Below are positions 27,946 to 42,165 of a DNA stretch of 64,000 nt, piece after piece (position 1 is the first letter of the stretch; every line of letters begins with the position of its first letter). The translations under genes and the position numbers were made by a program. Under the pieces are notes generated by a model that saw only the letters and a list, made by a program, of their open reading frames with translations, was not told where the DNA came from and searched no databases. The DNA lies in the NCBI RefSeq assembly GCF_009914755.1, contig NC_060927.1; one strand, given 5' to 3'. Source of the DNA: the human T2T-CHM13v2.0 reference genome, Homo sapiens.

Positions 27946-28423
27946 TCATCCCAGCCCTGTCCTTAACTCTTCTTTGAGTCACCCATTACATCCAATCCAC
28001 CAAGTCATTTCAGGTCTACTCTAAAACATTCTGGAATTTATCCACTTCTGTCTCTGCTGCTACCTCATTAGTTCAGGACAAGGTTTATTTTTGCTTGGAC
28101 TATCGCAATAGCTTCCTCTTGGGCACCCCACATTCACTCCTCTTTCAGGCACTTGAATCCATGAGGCTTTTTCTTAAAATGCTTCTCCCCTTCCCACCTC
28201 TCCCCATCCCCGCTCTTCCAATGACTTGCTCCTTCCTATCCTTTAGGTCTGGTTAAAGTCACATCTTCACTGAAGACCTTCCTTCCTCTGAAGAAAGAGC
28301 TCTCCTAGCTCATACCACTTGTTATTCCATATCAATCCCCGTTTGATTTCTTCTCAGCACGTTCCACAGTTTGTAATATTTTTGTTTATTTTGTTGTCTC
28401 CCTCTCTTTATTTTATTATTATC

Positions 28424-28710
28424 TTTTTTTGACACAGAGTCTTGCTCTGTCAACCAGGCTGGAGTGCAGTGGTGCAATCTTGGCTCACTGCGACATCTGC
28501 CACCAGGGTTCAAGCATTTCTCATACCTCAGCCCCCAAGTAACTGGGATTACAGACATGTGCCACCATGCCAGGCTAATTTTTGTGTTTTTAGTAGAGAT
28601 GGGGTTTCGCCATGTTGGGCAGGTTGGTCTTGAACTCTTGGCCTCAGGCAGTTTGCCCGCTTTGGCCTCTCAAAGTGCTGGGATTATAGGTGTGAGCCAC
28701 GGCACTCGAA
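28424..28710 (-). mobile_element. AluS followed by (TTTA)n
   Basis: Reverse dimeric Alu; (ATTT)n at ~28718-28766. Confidence 0.88.
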
Positions 28711-28720
28711 CTCCCTCTAT

Positions 28721-28759
<39 letters not shown>

Positions 28760-28864
28760 TTTTATTTGCTATCTCTCCAGGGGGAAGTCATGTCATCTCC
28801 CTCTCTGTAATGTAACCTTGGTAAGGGCAGGACCATGCCTATCTCCTTGACCACTTACCCCTAG

Positions 28865-29055
28865 TAGGATTGCCAAATTTAGCAAATAAAAATACAGGAT
28901 GCCCACTTAAATTAGAATTTCAGGTAATCGATTAATAATTTTTTAACATAAGAATGTCCAAGTATTGCATAGGACATACTTACACTAAAAACTATTTGTG
29001 GTTTGTCTGAAATTTAAATTTAACTGGGCCTCATATATTTTATCTGGCAATCCTA
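28865..29055. mobile_element. MER53-like palindromic hAT MITE
   Basis: Terminal inverted repeats TAGGATTGCCAAAT / ATCTGGCAATCCTA; degenerate 8-bp TSD ACCCCTAG / ATCCTTAG. Confidence 0.8.
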
Positions 29056-29532
29056 ATCCTTAGGCCCTGACACATAGCTGACTCTCACTACATCTTACTG
29101 AATGAAAATTTGGTAGCAGCATATCAAAATTGCTACTATGGCAACAAAGCTGGGGAAATGTGCAAAGTACAGAACTGAAGTAGTGAAAAATATCATTTTC
29201 CATCATATTTCTGTTCAGATTTGCCTGTCTTTTCACACCAGGAGACTCTAATCAACTCACATCTAAAGTCTTGGGCAGCCCAGCGCTCTGGGAGGGATGC
29301 TGACCATAGGAAGGGAACTGGTAGGTACAGCTTTTCACACAGTGGAAATTTTTATCATGGCCTTATACTCGGGCCTTGATTTTCTTTGGCCCTTATCTCT
29401 CCAGACTGTGAGCTCCTTAAGGGGACAGCCTGCTTCTTTTTATTCAACCCTTCATTCCCAGCATCTTCAACTGTAGCTGGTAGTAAGGACTCAACATGTG
29501 GTTACCGAATGGATTGATAAATGAGTGAAGGG

Positions 29533-29644
29533 TAGGGTAACTAACTGTCCTGGTTTGACCAGGACTGAGGGGTTTCCTGGGATGTGGGTCTTTCAGTGAA
29601 AAAATTGATATAGTCCTGCACAAACTGGGACAGTTGGTCACCCC
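29533..29644. mobile_element. MER81/MER94-like hAT-Blackjack MITE
   Basis: Inverted termini TAGGGTAACTAACTGTCCTGGTTTG / CAAACTGGGACAGTTGGTCACCCC. Confidence 0.75.
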
Positions 29645-30062
29645 AAGAAAAGGAGTGATTCTTACTTCTTGGTGGCTGGTGTTCTTCTCCAGTATCATCA
29701 TATTGGCTGCTACGTGACTACCAAGATTAGACAGCCTATTGGCCCGGTTCCTCATCGATTGAAAGCTGGATATTTGGAGCACTCATGATCCCCTAAATTT
29801 CCCCATGTCTGGATTGGCTCCTAAGAGCTTTGCCATACCTCCAGTCTCAGCTCATGGTCTTAACGTTTGGCCTTATGGCCTGGTCTTGTGATACCTAGTA
29901 TATGCCTGGACTTGTGCTCCTAGAATGAAGGCATTCAGGCCAACCACAAGGCAAAGGGCCCTGGGCCTTGGTTCAATCTTAGCAAGACTGACCTGACCTG
30001 CCAGGTTTGTCTCATCAAGACTTGATTATGACCAATCACTACGTCCACAGAACACCAGCAAG

Positions 30063-30068
30063 TTTATT
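30063..30068 (-). terminator. HGD: HGD polyadenylation signal AATAAA
   Basis: TTTATT on +, ~185 nt after the HGD stop; GU-rich sequence follows on the minus strand. Confidence 0.8.
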
Positions 30069-30251
30069 GAGTAATTAAGGTGACAGCCATAGAACTTTGC
30101 AAATGCGTTTCCATAAAAGTTCTGAGTTACTTGACTATGAAAAGTGAATTTTCATTTTAACCAACCCCCTCCTCCAATACTACCAGAAAGCATGAGATTC
30201 TGAAGAAATCTTCACAAATCTACTCTTAATTATGGTAGCAATGTTCCAGTC

Positions 30252-30548
<297 letters not shown>

Positions 30549-31414
30549 TCAAGCCCTGAGTTGTGGCTCTGGTCCTACCATTTGTAAGCTGGTGAGACCT
30601 GGTACAAGACCCTTAACTTCTCAGGGCCTCAAGTTTCATTCTGTAAAATAAAATTCAGCCCTTAAGCTTCAAATTATCTTCATGGTATTACGGAACTAAG
30701 TCTGCTAGATCCAAGGGCAGACATGGGAGAATCCTGGGAATATCCATCTTCTGAGGGCCTTCACTTACTGTGGCTATGTCCTTGTGAGGAAAGTCATACT
30801 TCCCATTTTGCAGAGGAGGAATTAAGGCTGAGAGCTGGGAAACGACTTGCTTAAGGCGACAAGTCATCGCAGAACTGGGATTTGAGCCTGTCTTTTCAGG
30901 ACTCTGACCAAGAGATGGGCTGGGAAAAGGGAAAAAGGGAGTGGGGAGGAGAGGGAGGTGAAGGAAATGGCAGGAATGGCTGTAGCACTTTTAAAAGTCA
31001 TATCTCAGAAGTGTCTGAATGGTGGATGTTGCACTGTCAGGAGGTTTTTGTCCACAACAGAAAGAATATGTAAATACTCTGTGCATCTTAGACATTACAG
31101 CTTCATCAATTGCTGACTTTTCTTATCCACTGTGGCTTTAAAAACAAAACAAAACCCAAAAACCAAACCCTACAATTCTTATATGCTCACATTTGGAAAT
31201 TTGTATAATACAGACAGGCAAAAGGAAAATAATAGAATTATCTTGTGCTACAACCCAAAGCACCCACATTAATGTTTGGGCTCTAATATACATTAAATTA
31301 TTTTTGTCTAAAACAATGGATATGAGTATCGCTGCCTGATTTCCTGTGACAGGCTTGATGGGAAGACTGGATGAGATCATATGGAAGTGCTATGCAAGTT
31401 ATACAGTGCTATTC

Positions 31415-32670
31415 AAGATGCAGAAAAGGCTTTCAATAAAATTCAGTATATCTTCAAGTTAAAAACTCTCAATAAACTAGGCATTGAAGGAACACATCAC
31501 AGAATAATAAGAGCCACCTATGACAAACCCACAGCCAACATCATACTGAATGGGGAAAAGCTGGAAGCATTCCCTTTGAAAACCAGCATAAGACAAGGAT
31601 GCTCTCTCTCACCACTCCTATTCAACATAGTCTTAGAAGTCGTGGCAAAGAGTAATCAGGCAATAGAAAGAAATAAAGTGCATCCAGAAGAGAAGAAGTC
31701 AACCTATCCCTGTTTGCAGATGACCTGATTCTATATCTAGAAAACACCATAGTCTCAGCCCAAAAGCTCCTTCAACCAATAAACAACTTTCAGCAAAGTT
31801 CATGATACAAAATCAATGTACAAAAATCACTAGCATTCCTATACACCAACAACAGTCAAGCTGAAAGCCAAATCAGGAATGCAATCCCATTCACAACTGC
31901 CACAAAAAGAATAAAATACCTAGGAATACCCCTAACCAGAGAGGTGAAAGGTCTCTATAATGAGAATTACAAAACACTGCTCAAAGAAATCAGAGAAGAC
32001 ACAAACAAATGGAAAAACTTTCCATGCTCATGGGTAGGAAGAATCAACATCATTAAGATGACGATACTATCCAAAGCAATGTAAAGATTCAACGCTGTTC
32101 ATATCAAAATACCAACGACATTCTTCACAGAACTAGGAAAGACTATTTTAAAATTCATATGGAACCAAAAAAGAGCCCAAATACCCAAGGCTATCCTAAG
32201 CAAAAAGAACAAAGCAGGAGGCATCATGCTACCCAACTTCAAAGTATACTACAAGGCTACAGTAACCAAAACAGTGTGGTAATGATACAGAAACAGGCAC
32301 ATAGACCAATGGAACAGAATAGAGAGCCCAGAAACAAGGCCGCACACCTATAACCATCCGATTTTCAATGAAGCTGACAAAAACAAGCAATGGGGAAAGG
32401 ACTATCTATTCAATAAATCATGCTGGGACAACTGGCTAGTCATAAGCAGAAGATTTAAACTGGACCGCTTCCATACACCATATAGAAAAACCAACTCATG
32501 ATGGATTAAGGACTTAAATGTTAAGCCCAAAACTATAAAAACTCTGGAAGATGACCTAGGCAATACCATTCAGGACATCAGCATGGGCAAAGATTTCATG
32601 ACAAAAACATCAAAAGCAATTGGCAACAAAAGAAAAATTGACAAATGGATCTAATTAAACTTAAGAGCTT

Positions 32671-32702
<32 letters not shown>

Positions 32703-32706
32703 CACA

Positions 32707-32750
<44 letters not shown>

Positions 32751-33135
32751 TAATGGAATACTATGCAGCCATAAAAAAGAACAAGATCATGTGTTTCTCA
32801 GGAACACGACGGAGCTGGAGGCCATTATCCTTGGCAAACTAAGAGGAACAGAAAACCAAATATTGTATGTTCTCACTTCTAAATGGGAGCTAAATGATGA
32901 GAACTTGTGGACACAAAGAGGGGAGCAACAGACACTGATGCCTACTTGAGAATAGAGGGTGGGAGGAGGGAGAGAATCAGAAAAAATAACTATTGGGTAC
33001 TGTTTAGTACCCGAGTGATGAAATAATCTGTACAATAAACCCCTGTGACATCAGTTTACCTATATAACAAATCTTCACATGTACCCCTGAACCTCAAATA
33101 AAAGTTAAAAATAAATAAAGAAATAAAAGAAAAAA
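31415..33135 (+). mobile_element. 5'-truncated, internally deleted L1 (old L1PA/L1PB) in HGD intron 13
   Basis: ORF2 RT motifs ([26 protein letters not shown]), frameshifted; 3' UTR and A tail; jump at the (TA)n(CA)n tract 32670-32748. Confidence 0.92.
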
Positions 33136-33392
33136 AATGAATAAGACCTAGCATTTGATAGCATAACAGGGTGACCATAGTCAATAAAAATTTAATTGCA
33201 CATTTTAAAATAACTGAAAGAATATAATTGGATTGTTTGTAACACAAAGGATAAATGCTTGAGGTAATGGATACCCCATTTATCTTGATGTGATTATTAC
33301 GTATCATATGCCTGTATCATCATATCTCATGTACCCCATAAATATACATACTTATTATGTATCCATAAAAATAATAAATAATAAGTAATAAA
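33136..33392 (+). mobile_element. L1MA 3' end
   Basis: GAATAAGACCTAGCATTTGATAGCATAACAGGGTGAC...GTACCCCATAAATATACA. Confidence 0.8.
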
Positions 33393-34890
33393 GATTTTTA
33401 AAAAGCACTATTCACATACAAGGATCATTATGGCCATTGCTATTGTCTCTTTGCTGACTGCTTCTTAAAAGCCTCTCCATTTGGCTGGATTAACAAAAGC
33501 CCCATCCCAGCTGACTTTGAAGATGCTATTGTACCAAGTTAATCACTCCAAACAAGAATAAGGATAAGGCATGTAGATAGACCTGGGTCTGAATTATATA
33601 ATGGGAAATGGTGAGGACGACTGAAAGTTAGGTCTAGGTAAGATGTTGGACCCTCCGCCATCAGGTATTCTGGCTCCTTGATACCCAGGGTCTCCCATCC
33701 TAATAGGAGAGCTCTTTCTCACTAGTAATTCAAAGTATTGCTCCTCATAGAAACAGCCCTGTCCTACGCCTCACTGTTGTAAAACACAGCTCCCTCATAA
33801 CATTGACTACCCAAAGCCAAATTGGGGGACCAAAGGTTATTGAGTGGCAACTCTAGAATAGCCTCCAGGACTGCACCTCCAGGAGACTTCAGAGGTAATA
33901 GCTTAACTGAGACTGCCAGACTGCATCTCTTTGAGATGTAGGGGTTCTACAGAAACTCCATAGAGGCCCTTGAAAGGGGAAATAGAGCCAAAGCAAGCAA
34001 ATGGGACTCTGAACACCCTCCTTTTGCAAAGGAGCTCCACCAACTCTGGCTCCAGGGTTGGGACTGAAAGCAAACTGCAGTGGACAGACGGACAGATAAT
34101 GCTCACTGTTTAGGTAGTTTGCAAGCATGAAGCAGGCAGGTCTCTGCTATAGATTTTAAACCAGGTAGCATTGAAGGCATTTATTTTCAAAAGTAAAGCA
34201 AATTTGCATGTGATTTAGCATAAAATTACTCCCTGTGGACCATAAACTCTACCTCGAAGAATGCAAAAATAAAATAAAATCAAGCACCGCAGCCAGCTGC
34301 AATTGTGTTCAGCCTCAATGTTTACAGCCTGACACAGGAAGAATACAAAACAGGTTTTAAATCCCATCAGTTGCATCCATGCCAAAGCAGAGCAAAGGAA
34401 AATGCAAAAAACAGCTGAGAATTGCTTCTCACAAGCCCTGACTATAGTGAGGCAAGGGCTTTTTGACCCTCCTTGGCTTGAAACACGTGCTGAAGGTGAG
34501 ATCCTGCCTCCGCTACTACTGTGGCCCTGGAGGATTACTTCAAAACGCAGAAGACTCTGAGACATAGCATATGCCCAGGGCTGCATAAGGATACAGGAAG
34601 AGGCTTCACATAGTATTAATAATGTTCCCTTACATTTGAATAGTGTTGGACAGTCTGTTAGGTTAACTCATAGCCATCTGCTGGGTTGGATACTATACCC
34701 ATTTTATAGATGGGGAAAATGAAGCACAGAGAAGCTAAGTGAGTTGTTCAAGATCCTGTAGGAACTAAGAGATGGGACTTAAACTCAGAACCCAGGTCTG
34801 ACTCCAAGTCCAACGATCTTTCTACACCACCACAACAGAAGTCTAGTATATACACAAGGATGTGAGTATATATACATGTAAACATACTTA

Positions 34891-35262
<372 letters not shown>

Positions 35263-37065
35263 TTAAACATTATTTCTGCAGAATTCCAAGAACACAGGAG
35301 AAACTAGTAAATTGTATAGGATTAATAAAGAATATGGATTGACAGAAGAACAATCATAAAACATTCATATTGGCATTCTTGGCAGGCACAGCTCTACTCC
35401 ATGGCCATGTGGATTATCAGAGGTCTCGAGTTCCACTCTCTGACAGGAATCAGGCTAGATCTAAAGAAAATCAGGGCCCAGAGAAGATAATAATAATTAA
35501 AATGCTAGTCATAATAGAGAGCGAATGTACTCTATCATCTAAGCTTACGAGCCCTGTATCAAAGTTATCTTATCTCCCAGATCATAACCCTTTCCCAAGT
35601 AGCTCCACTGTAGGACACAGCAACAGCATATTTCTAATTCCCAATCTAGAAGGCTTAGATTGAGGGTGTGTGGTTTTGATGGATGATAGATGATAATGTA
35701 ATGAAAAGAACCCCAGACTTAAAGTCCATTATCAAATGATAATCTGTGTGAAAGAATCTTGGTATGTGTATAAAACAGACCATAAATGCTATTTATTATA
35801 ACAAATATTATCTTCTATAGATGAATCTGTTATCCTCTTGTTTTTCTGTTCTTCAGAATGTCTTTTGGATTTGTTTTTATTTTTTCTAGTTCCATTGATA
35901 CCCTATTCATAGAGTCCTAAATCTTGAAATTGGAAGGTATCCTTACTTCTACTCAATGTAGAAGAAATTTCTATATCTTTCCTGACTGATTACCTCCCGG
36001 GCTCTGCCTGGATGTGAATGGAAGCTCTCCACTCTACAAAGCATATCATATTATTGAAGAGCTCTGTGTGTAAGAAAGTTCTTATATTAAATGGAAATTT
36101 GCTTTTATATGAGTTAAATTCATTGGTCCTAGTTGTGCTTTCTAGAGTCACACAAAATTTAACAAAAATCACCATGCTTCCACTCTTCCAATCTTATGCT
36201 TCTATTGAAATAAAGCTCTTTATTAGAGTAGCAATACCATAGAGCAGGAATTAAAGAAATATAACACCTGGGCAAATTTAAGTGCCTTTGCATCTCAAAC
36301 CACACATCTACTTACCCATTCATTCATCTGTCTTTTTCCCACTTCACCCATCTGCCCATCCAGTTAGCCAGCACATATAATTAGATATGTGCTGGCTAAC
36401 ATGAGACAGAGATGAATAAGAAATAGCTTTTAAAGCTACTTAAAAAAGAAATAATTAACAACAACAACAACAACATAGCCTTTAAAGCTACTCATAGTCT
36501 GTCCTGTGAGAGTACTGAGAGGGCAAACCAAGGACAGAATAGAGAGATGTGGCAGTGGCAACCGTTACAAAATCAAACACTGGACATGATACATGCCTGC
36601 CCTTCTTGCTTACATGTGAAGTATAACCAAGTGCCAAATGCTTTTATAATTGACTAAGCAGCCACACCCACCCTGCTCAGAAACAGAAAGCTACTGCAGG
36701 CCCCTACAAAGTGAGTGAGAGTGTGTGAGCTCCTGCTGAAGAGGTGAGACCCAGATCATAGTTCTACTTGTTTCTCTATGAAGTGGAAATACAGAAAAAG
36801 AAGCAAATGTAAGCATAAATTGTCTATGTTTTAAAAACAGTTCAGCTCATGACTTAAATTTGGTGTCAAGCTCCTTGCTCTAGTATGTGTCCTCAGGGTC
36901 ACCTTCATGGCTTAATTTTAAGAAGAGAGCAAAACAGAATTCAGCTTTGATCTGAATATGAATTTAGATAGCAGTGAGCTTGGTGATGACATTTCTATAT
37001 CATTTTCTATATTTCAAAGGACAGTGGGAGGATAGACCTTGCCTTTCTGATTAAAGCTGAATCTA

Positions 37066-37369
37066 GGCCGGGCTCAGTGGCTCACGCCTGTAATCCCAGC
37101 ACTTTGGGAGGCCGAGGCGGGTGGATCACGAGGTCAAGAGATCGAGACCATCCTGGCCAACATGGTGAAACCTCGTCTCTACTAAAAATACAAAAAATTA
37201 GCCGGGCGTGGTAGCGGGCGCCTGTAGTCCCAGCTACTCAGGAGGCTGAGGCAGGAGAACAGCATGAACCCGGGAGGCAGAGCTTGCAGTGAGCCAAGAT
37301 GGCGCCACTGCACTCCAGCCTGGGAGACAGAGTGAGATTCCGTCTCAAAAAAAAAAAAAAAAAAAAAAA
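37066..37369 (+). mobile_element. AluY/Sc-type
   Basis: CpG-rich full Alu with long poly(A); TSD AAAGCTGAATCTA. Confidence 0.93.
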
Positions 37370-37858
37370 GCTGAATCTAGTTGACTAAGGCACATTAAGA
37401 TGACTGGAGGCAATATTTCTATAGAAATAATTCTCCATTTTCTCTTATAATAAAGTCACATCAAAGCAGCAAAGATTTTGAGTATTGCCAAGGCAATATT
37501 TTTAATATCTCTGGAAAACTCATTTCTAACCTGGGGTTCTGTGGTTTTTTCCCAACGAACTCAGGGTACCCATACCTTTATAAGATCTACCCTGGGGCCA
37601 AATTTACTTTGAGAGTCATTAAAAAACTATAGGAGGCATCTCTCAAGATTATTTGTGTCAGCAAGTCTGAACTACAAATAAAAATTAAGGAATGGGTTGA
37701 GACCCTATAGCACAGTAGCAAACTTGTCTAAATCAGATGACTCTATTATTCCTCCACCTAGGGATGGGGACACACCCTAGGCCAGTATTTCTCAACAAGC
37801 AGTCTGTAAACCTCCTTCATCAGAATCCCCTGACTTGCCAGTGAAAAATGTAGATTCT

Positions 37859-38164
37859 GGCCAGCCATGGTGGCTCATGCCTGTAATCCCAGCACTTTGG
37901 GAAGTCAAGGCAGGTGGATTGCTTGAGTTTAGGAGTTCAAGACCAGCCTGGGCAACATGGCAAGACCCCGTCTGTACTAACAATACAAAAAAAAAAAAAA
38001 AAAGCCAGGTGTGGTGGTGCACACCTGTGGTCCAAGCTACTCAGGAGACTGAGCGGGGAGGATCACTTGAGCCTGGGGGGTGGAGGTTGCAGTGAGCTGA
38101 GATTGTGCCACCTGCACTCCAGCCTGGGTGACAGAGTGAGACCCTGTCTCAAAAAAAAAAAAAA
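37859..38164 (+). mobile_element. AluJ inserted in a MER5-like element (~37783-38325)
   Basis: Dimeric Alu; flanks CAGTATTTCTCAA...GTAGATTC / GCAGATTC...AAGAACCACT. Confidence 0.85.
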
Positions 38165-39730
38165 GGCAGATTCAGCATCACTTGTGGGAACTTGTTAAAA
38201 ATGCAAATTCTTAGGTCCTATCCCAGACCTACTGAAGCAGAAATTCTGAGGATGGAGCCCAGTAATCTGTGTTTTAATAAACCTTCCAGCTGACTGTGAC
38301 ACATGGTAAAATGTAAGAACCACTACAGGCACACAGAGTAACCTCAATACAAGAACAAGAGTGAAATGGTGAATTATTAAGGAGTAACATGCGAAGTACA
38401 GACTATAAGCCAGGGCAATTTTCTCTCCTTGACAACAGGTCCTCTAGGTCACTAACTTCCAGGAGGAGAAAAGTTAGAGTCTTTAGTAGGCTTCACAGTT
38501 TTTAGAAACGACTTATGATGCTATTCACAAAATAGCTGCTGTCTTTGCCATGGTAACTGATTGTTTTCTTTTCTCTACCATGATGGTGCCATCTGAAAAG
38601 GGGGATGCTGGCATTTGACCATGGAGTGGCCTACGTCCATCCTAAGGGCCTTCATTCCTGATGCTATAAAATAGCTAAATTGGCCATTCAGTGCACTGTT
38701 GTGTTCTGTTGAGCCCTGACACCTGGGAACTGGTATATATAGAGAGGGACCTATTATAAACAGAAGGCCCTGGAGTTTACTAAAGAAAGGAATTTGTTTT
38801 CTAGAATGTTCCAGGTGGAATGCCTCTTAGAGTCTTTCCAGAACTCTATGCACAAAAAAATGCACACTCCAGGAAGTAGAATTGCACATTGACCTTTGAT
38901 TGGATTTTCAGCTAGCTATTGCACAATTAAAAATGTCAACCTCATTAAGTACAGCCGTGAAGTACTTTATTTATTCTTGTTGATGCATTCACTTATTAAA
39001 TAAATATTTATTAAAAGCATGCTATATATCAGGCACTATGCTAGCCATACCAGTTAGTGGTCATGAGTGTTTGCTCTGGTATCAGACAGCCTGCAATTAA
39101 ATCCTGACTCTACACTTAACTTGCTGTGAGTCCTTGAGAGAGTTACTTAATCCCTCTTGTGTCAGTTTAATTTTCTGAAAAAAAAAAAAAAAAAGCGGGG
39201 GGGACAATAATACTACCTGTCTCTTACAAGTATTATAAACACTTCATGAGTTAGTTTTTTAAAAAACTTGTAACAGAGCCATAGAAATTGGACAATAATT
39301 ATTAGGTGCTAAGAATAATAATATTAATAAAATAAAAATAGTAGATTTGTTAGGTCTTGTACTAGGCAACAAATGTTCTGCAGAAACTCTTTCCAGAATA
39401 GAGTTCATTCCTTAATGCAGGCTGCAGTCTGCTTTGCCCTGCCAAAATAATTGGAGAAGGCACATTTCTGTCTCTCTGTCTCTCTCTCTGTCTCTCTCTG
39501 TCTCTCTCTTCTTATTTCTCTGGTTCTCTGAACCAGACTTAGGTGATGAACTTTCCCAAAACAACAGACTAACTAACAACCTCCCCAGTATTCCCCAAAA
39601 GGAAACATCTAAAATGTGAGGAAACTTGTTTAGAAGCCTTTCTAACAAGGCTTCTAAACTTTACCAGCCTTTCTGCCTCTTACAGGGACAGAGAAACTGG
39701 GAACTAGGCTCAGAATCAATGCATCACTGT

Positions 39731-40143
39731 TGATGTAGTTTGGATGTATGTTCCCTCCAACTCTCATGTTGAAATGTGATCCCCAGTGTTGGAGGTGGGG
39801 CCTGGTTTGAGGTGTTTGGGTAATGGAGGCAGATCCCTCATAAATGGCTTGGTGCCATCATGACGGTTATGAGTGAGTTCTCACTCTATGAGTTCACATG
39901 GGGTTTGGCTGTTCAAAAGAAGCTGGGACTTCCTCCTTTCTCTTGCTTGCTCTCATCATGTGATATGCCAGCTTCCCTCTTGCCTGCCACCATGATTGTA
40001 TTTCCTGAGGCTTCATTAGAAACAGATGCCAGCACCATGCTGCTTGTACAGCCTGCATAACCACGAGCCAAATGAACCTCTTTTCATTATAAATTAAGTA
40101 GCCTCAGGTATTCCTTTATAGCAACGAAGAATGGACTAACACA
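39731..40143 (+). mobile_element. MST-family (MaLR) solo LTR
   Basis: TGATGTAGTTTGGATG...CTCTCATGTTGAAATGTGATCCCCAGTGTTGGAGGTGGGGCC...AATGGACTAACACA. Confidence 0.85.
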
Positions 40144-40250
40144 ACTACCATCCCTTAAAGAGATTAAAGCTTGGGGATCAGCACTAGGCCTTGTGCAGCA
40201 GGATCCTGAATTCATGCCATGGTGGGTGTCCAGAAATAACCCAGGCATTA

Positions 40251-40517
<267 letters not shown>

Positions 40518-40554
40518 TCATGCATACATGAAGGTGTTTGCAAGTGACATTCTA

Positions 40555-41247
40555 ATTTTTTTATTTATTTTTATTCAACTTTTAATTTAGATAGAGGGAT
40601 ACATATGCAGTTTTGTTACATGGGTATATTGTGTGATACTGAGGTTTGGGGTAGGGATCTGATATGGTTTGGTTGTGTCCCCACCCAAATCTCATCCTGA
40701 ATTGTAGCTTCCATAATCCCCACATGTTGTGAGAAGGACCCGGTGGGAGGTAACTGAATCATGGGGGCAGGTTTTTCCCATGCTGTTCTCATGATAGTGA
40801 ATAAGTCTCACAAGATCTGATGGTTTTATAAAGGGCAGTTCCCCAACACATGCTCTCTTGATTGCCTCCATGTAAGACATGCTTTTGCTCCTCCTTCGCC
40901 TTCCACCATGATTGTGAGGCCTCCCCAGCCATGTGGAACTGTGGATATGTTAAACCCCTTTTTCTTTATAAAGTACCCAGTCTCGGGTATTTCTTCACAG
41001 CAGTATGAAAATGGACTAATACAGGATCCCATCACCCAGGTAGCGAGCATAGTATCCAATAGGTAGTTTTTTCACCCTCCCCCTTCTAGTAGTCTCCAGT
41101 GTCTATTTTTCTCATGTTTATGTCCATGGGTGCTCAATGTTTAGCTCCCACTTATAAGTGAAAAGATGCAGAAGTTGGTTTTCTATTCCTGCATTAATTT
41201 GCTTAGGATTATGGCTTCCAGCTGCATCCATGTTGCTGCAAACGGAC
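40555..41247 (-). mobile_element. L1 3' fragment split by a THE1 LTR
   Basis: L1 3' UTR sequence continues on both sides of 40660-41023. Confidence 0.85.
40660..41023 (+). mobile_element. THE1 (C/D-like) solo LTR
   Basis: TGATATGGTTTGG...GGACTAATACA, 364 bp, perfect 5-bp TSD GGATC. Confidence 0.9.
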
Positions 41248-41974
41248 AGCCTAATTTCTGATCAAACAACAGAAGTCTGGGCTTGTCATCAAGGTGCAAT
41301 AATCACTCATATGACTTTTTCCTCTTGCTGTGCTTGAGGCAAAATGAATTAACACCAGCTAAAAGGATTCTGAACTGCTTTTTCACCCTGCTGAGCCCAC
41401 ATTACATGCAACTTATTACCCCGTGGGTCTGAGAACCAACGGTGCCTGCTTCTCAACCTCAGATCAAGTTGACTAGAGCTGAGATGTGCAGCAGAAGGGA
41501 TGCTCAGAGCAAAGTAGAAATAGAAATAAAGCAAAATCCAAGTTTTGGTGTAGATGTGCTCCTCTTTGGGAGAATACGGAGATTCCAGATTGTATCCATT
41601 GGCAGAAAAGTCTGAGAAGTGGTTCATTGCTTTCCTACCTTTGTTTGACTTTCAGGTCTAAAACACAGCATTTACATCCGTAGTCTTCATAGTGGTAGTG
41701 TAGAGATAGGATAGGTTGAGGGACGAAATTATACTTTTTAAAACTCTTCAGAATTCTTTAGTGAGAAGGTTGAGATTCAATTTAATTGAAATCAACAATC
41801 ATGTTCCCTTTCAGATGCCATGTAAGAGTCTGGAGATTCAAAGATCATGGGGATCGATTCCCTGCTTCTTTAGCATTAATTGTGGGGTGGGGGTTGGGCA
41901 GCTAATTCTACCTGAAAGGGTCAAGGAAGGCTTCAAAGAGGAGGTGACATTTGAGGTAGGTCTTCAAGAATGAA

Positions 41975-42165
41975 CAGAAAGAAAGAAAAAGAGAGAGAGA
42001 AAGGAAGGAAGGAAGGAAAGAAGGAAGGAAGGAAGGAGCATATGTACCCTTGAACCTAAAATAAAAGTTAAAAAAAAAAAAAGAAAGGAAGGACGTGGCG
42101 GGGATGGGGGAAAAAGGGAGGGAGGGAGGGAGGGAGGACTAAGGAAGTGGGAAGGAAGGGAAATG
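41975..42165. repeat. Purine-rich (GGAA)/(GGGA) repeats with an embedded L1 3' tip
   Basis: Seen directly; L1 terminus CATATGTACCCTTGAACCTAAAATAAAAGTT plus A-run at 42039-42082. Confidence 0.85.

Noticed and set aside
31381-32842. Reverse-transcriptase-like ORFs
   Set aside because: Frameshifted fragments of a truncated L1 ORF2, not a retron or novel RT system.
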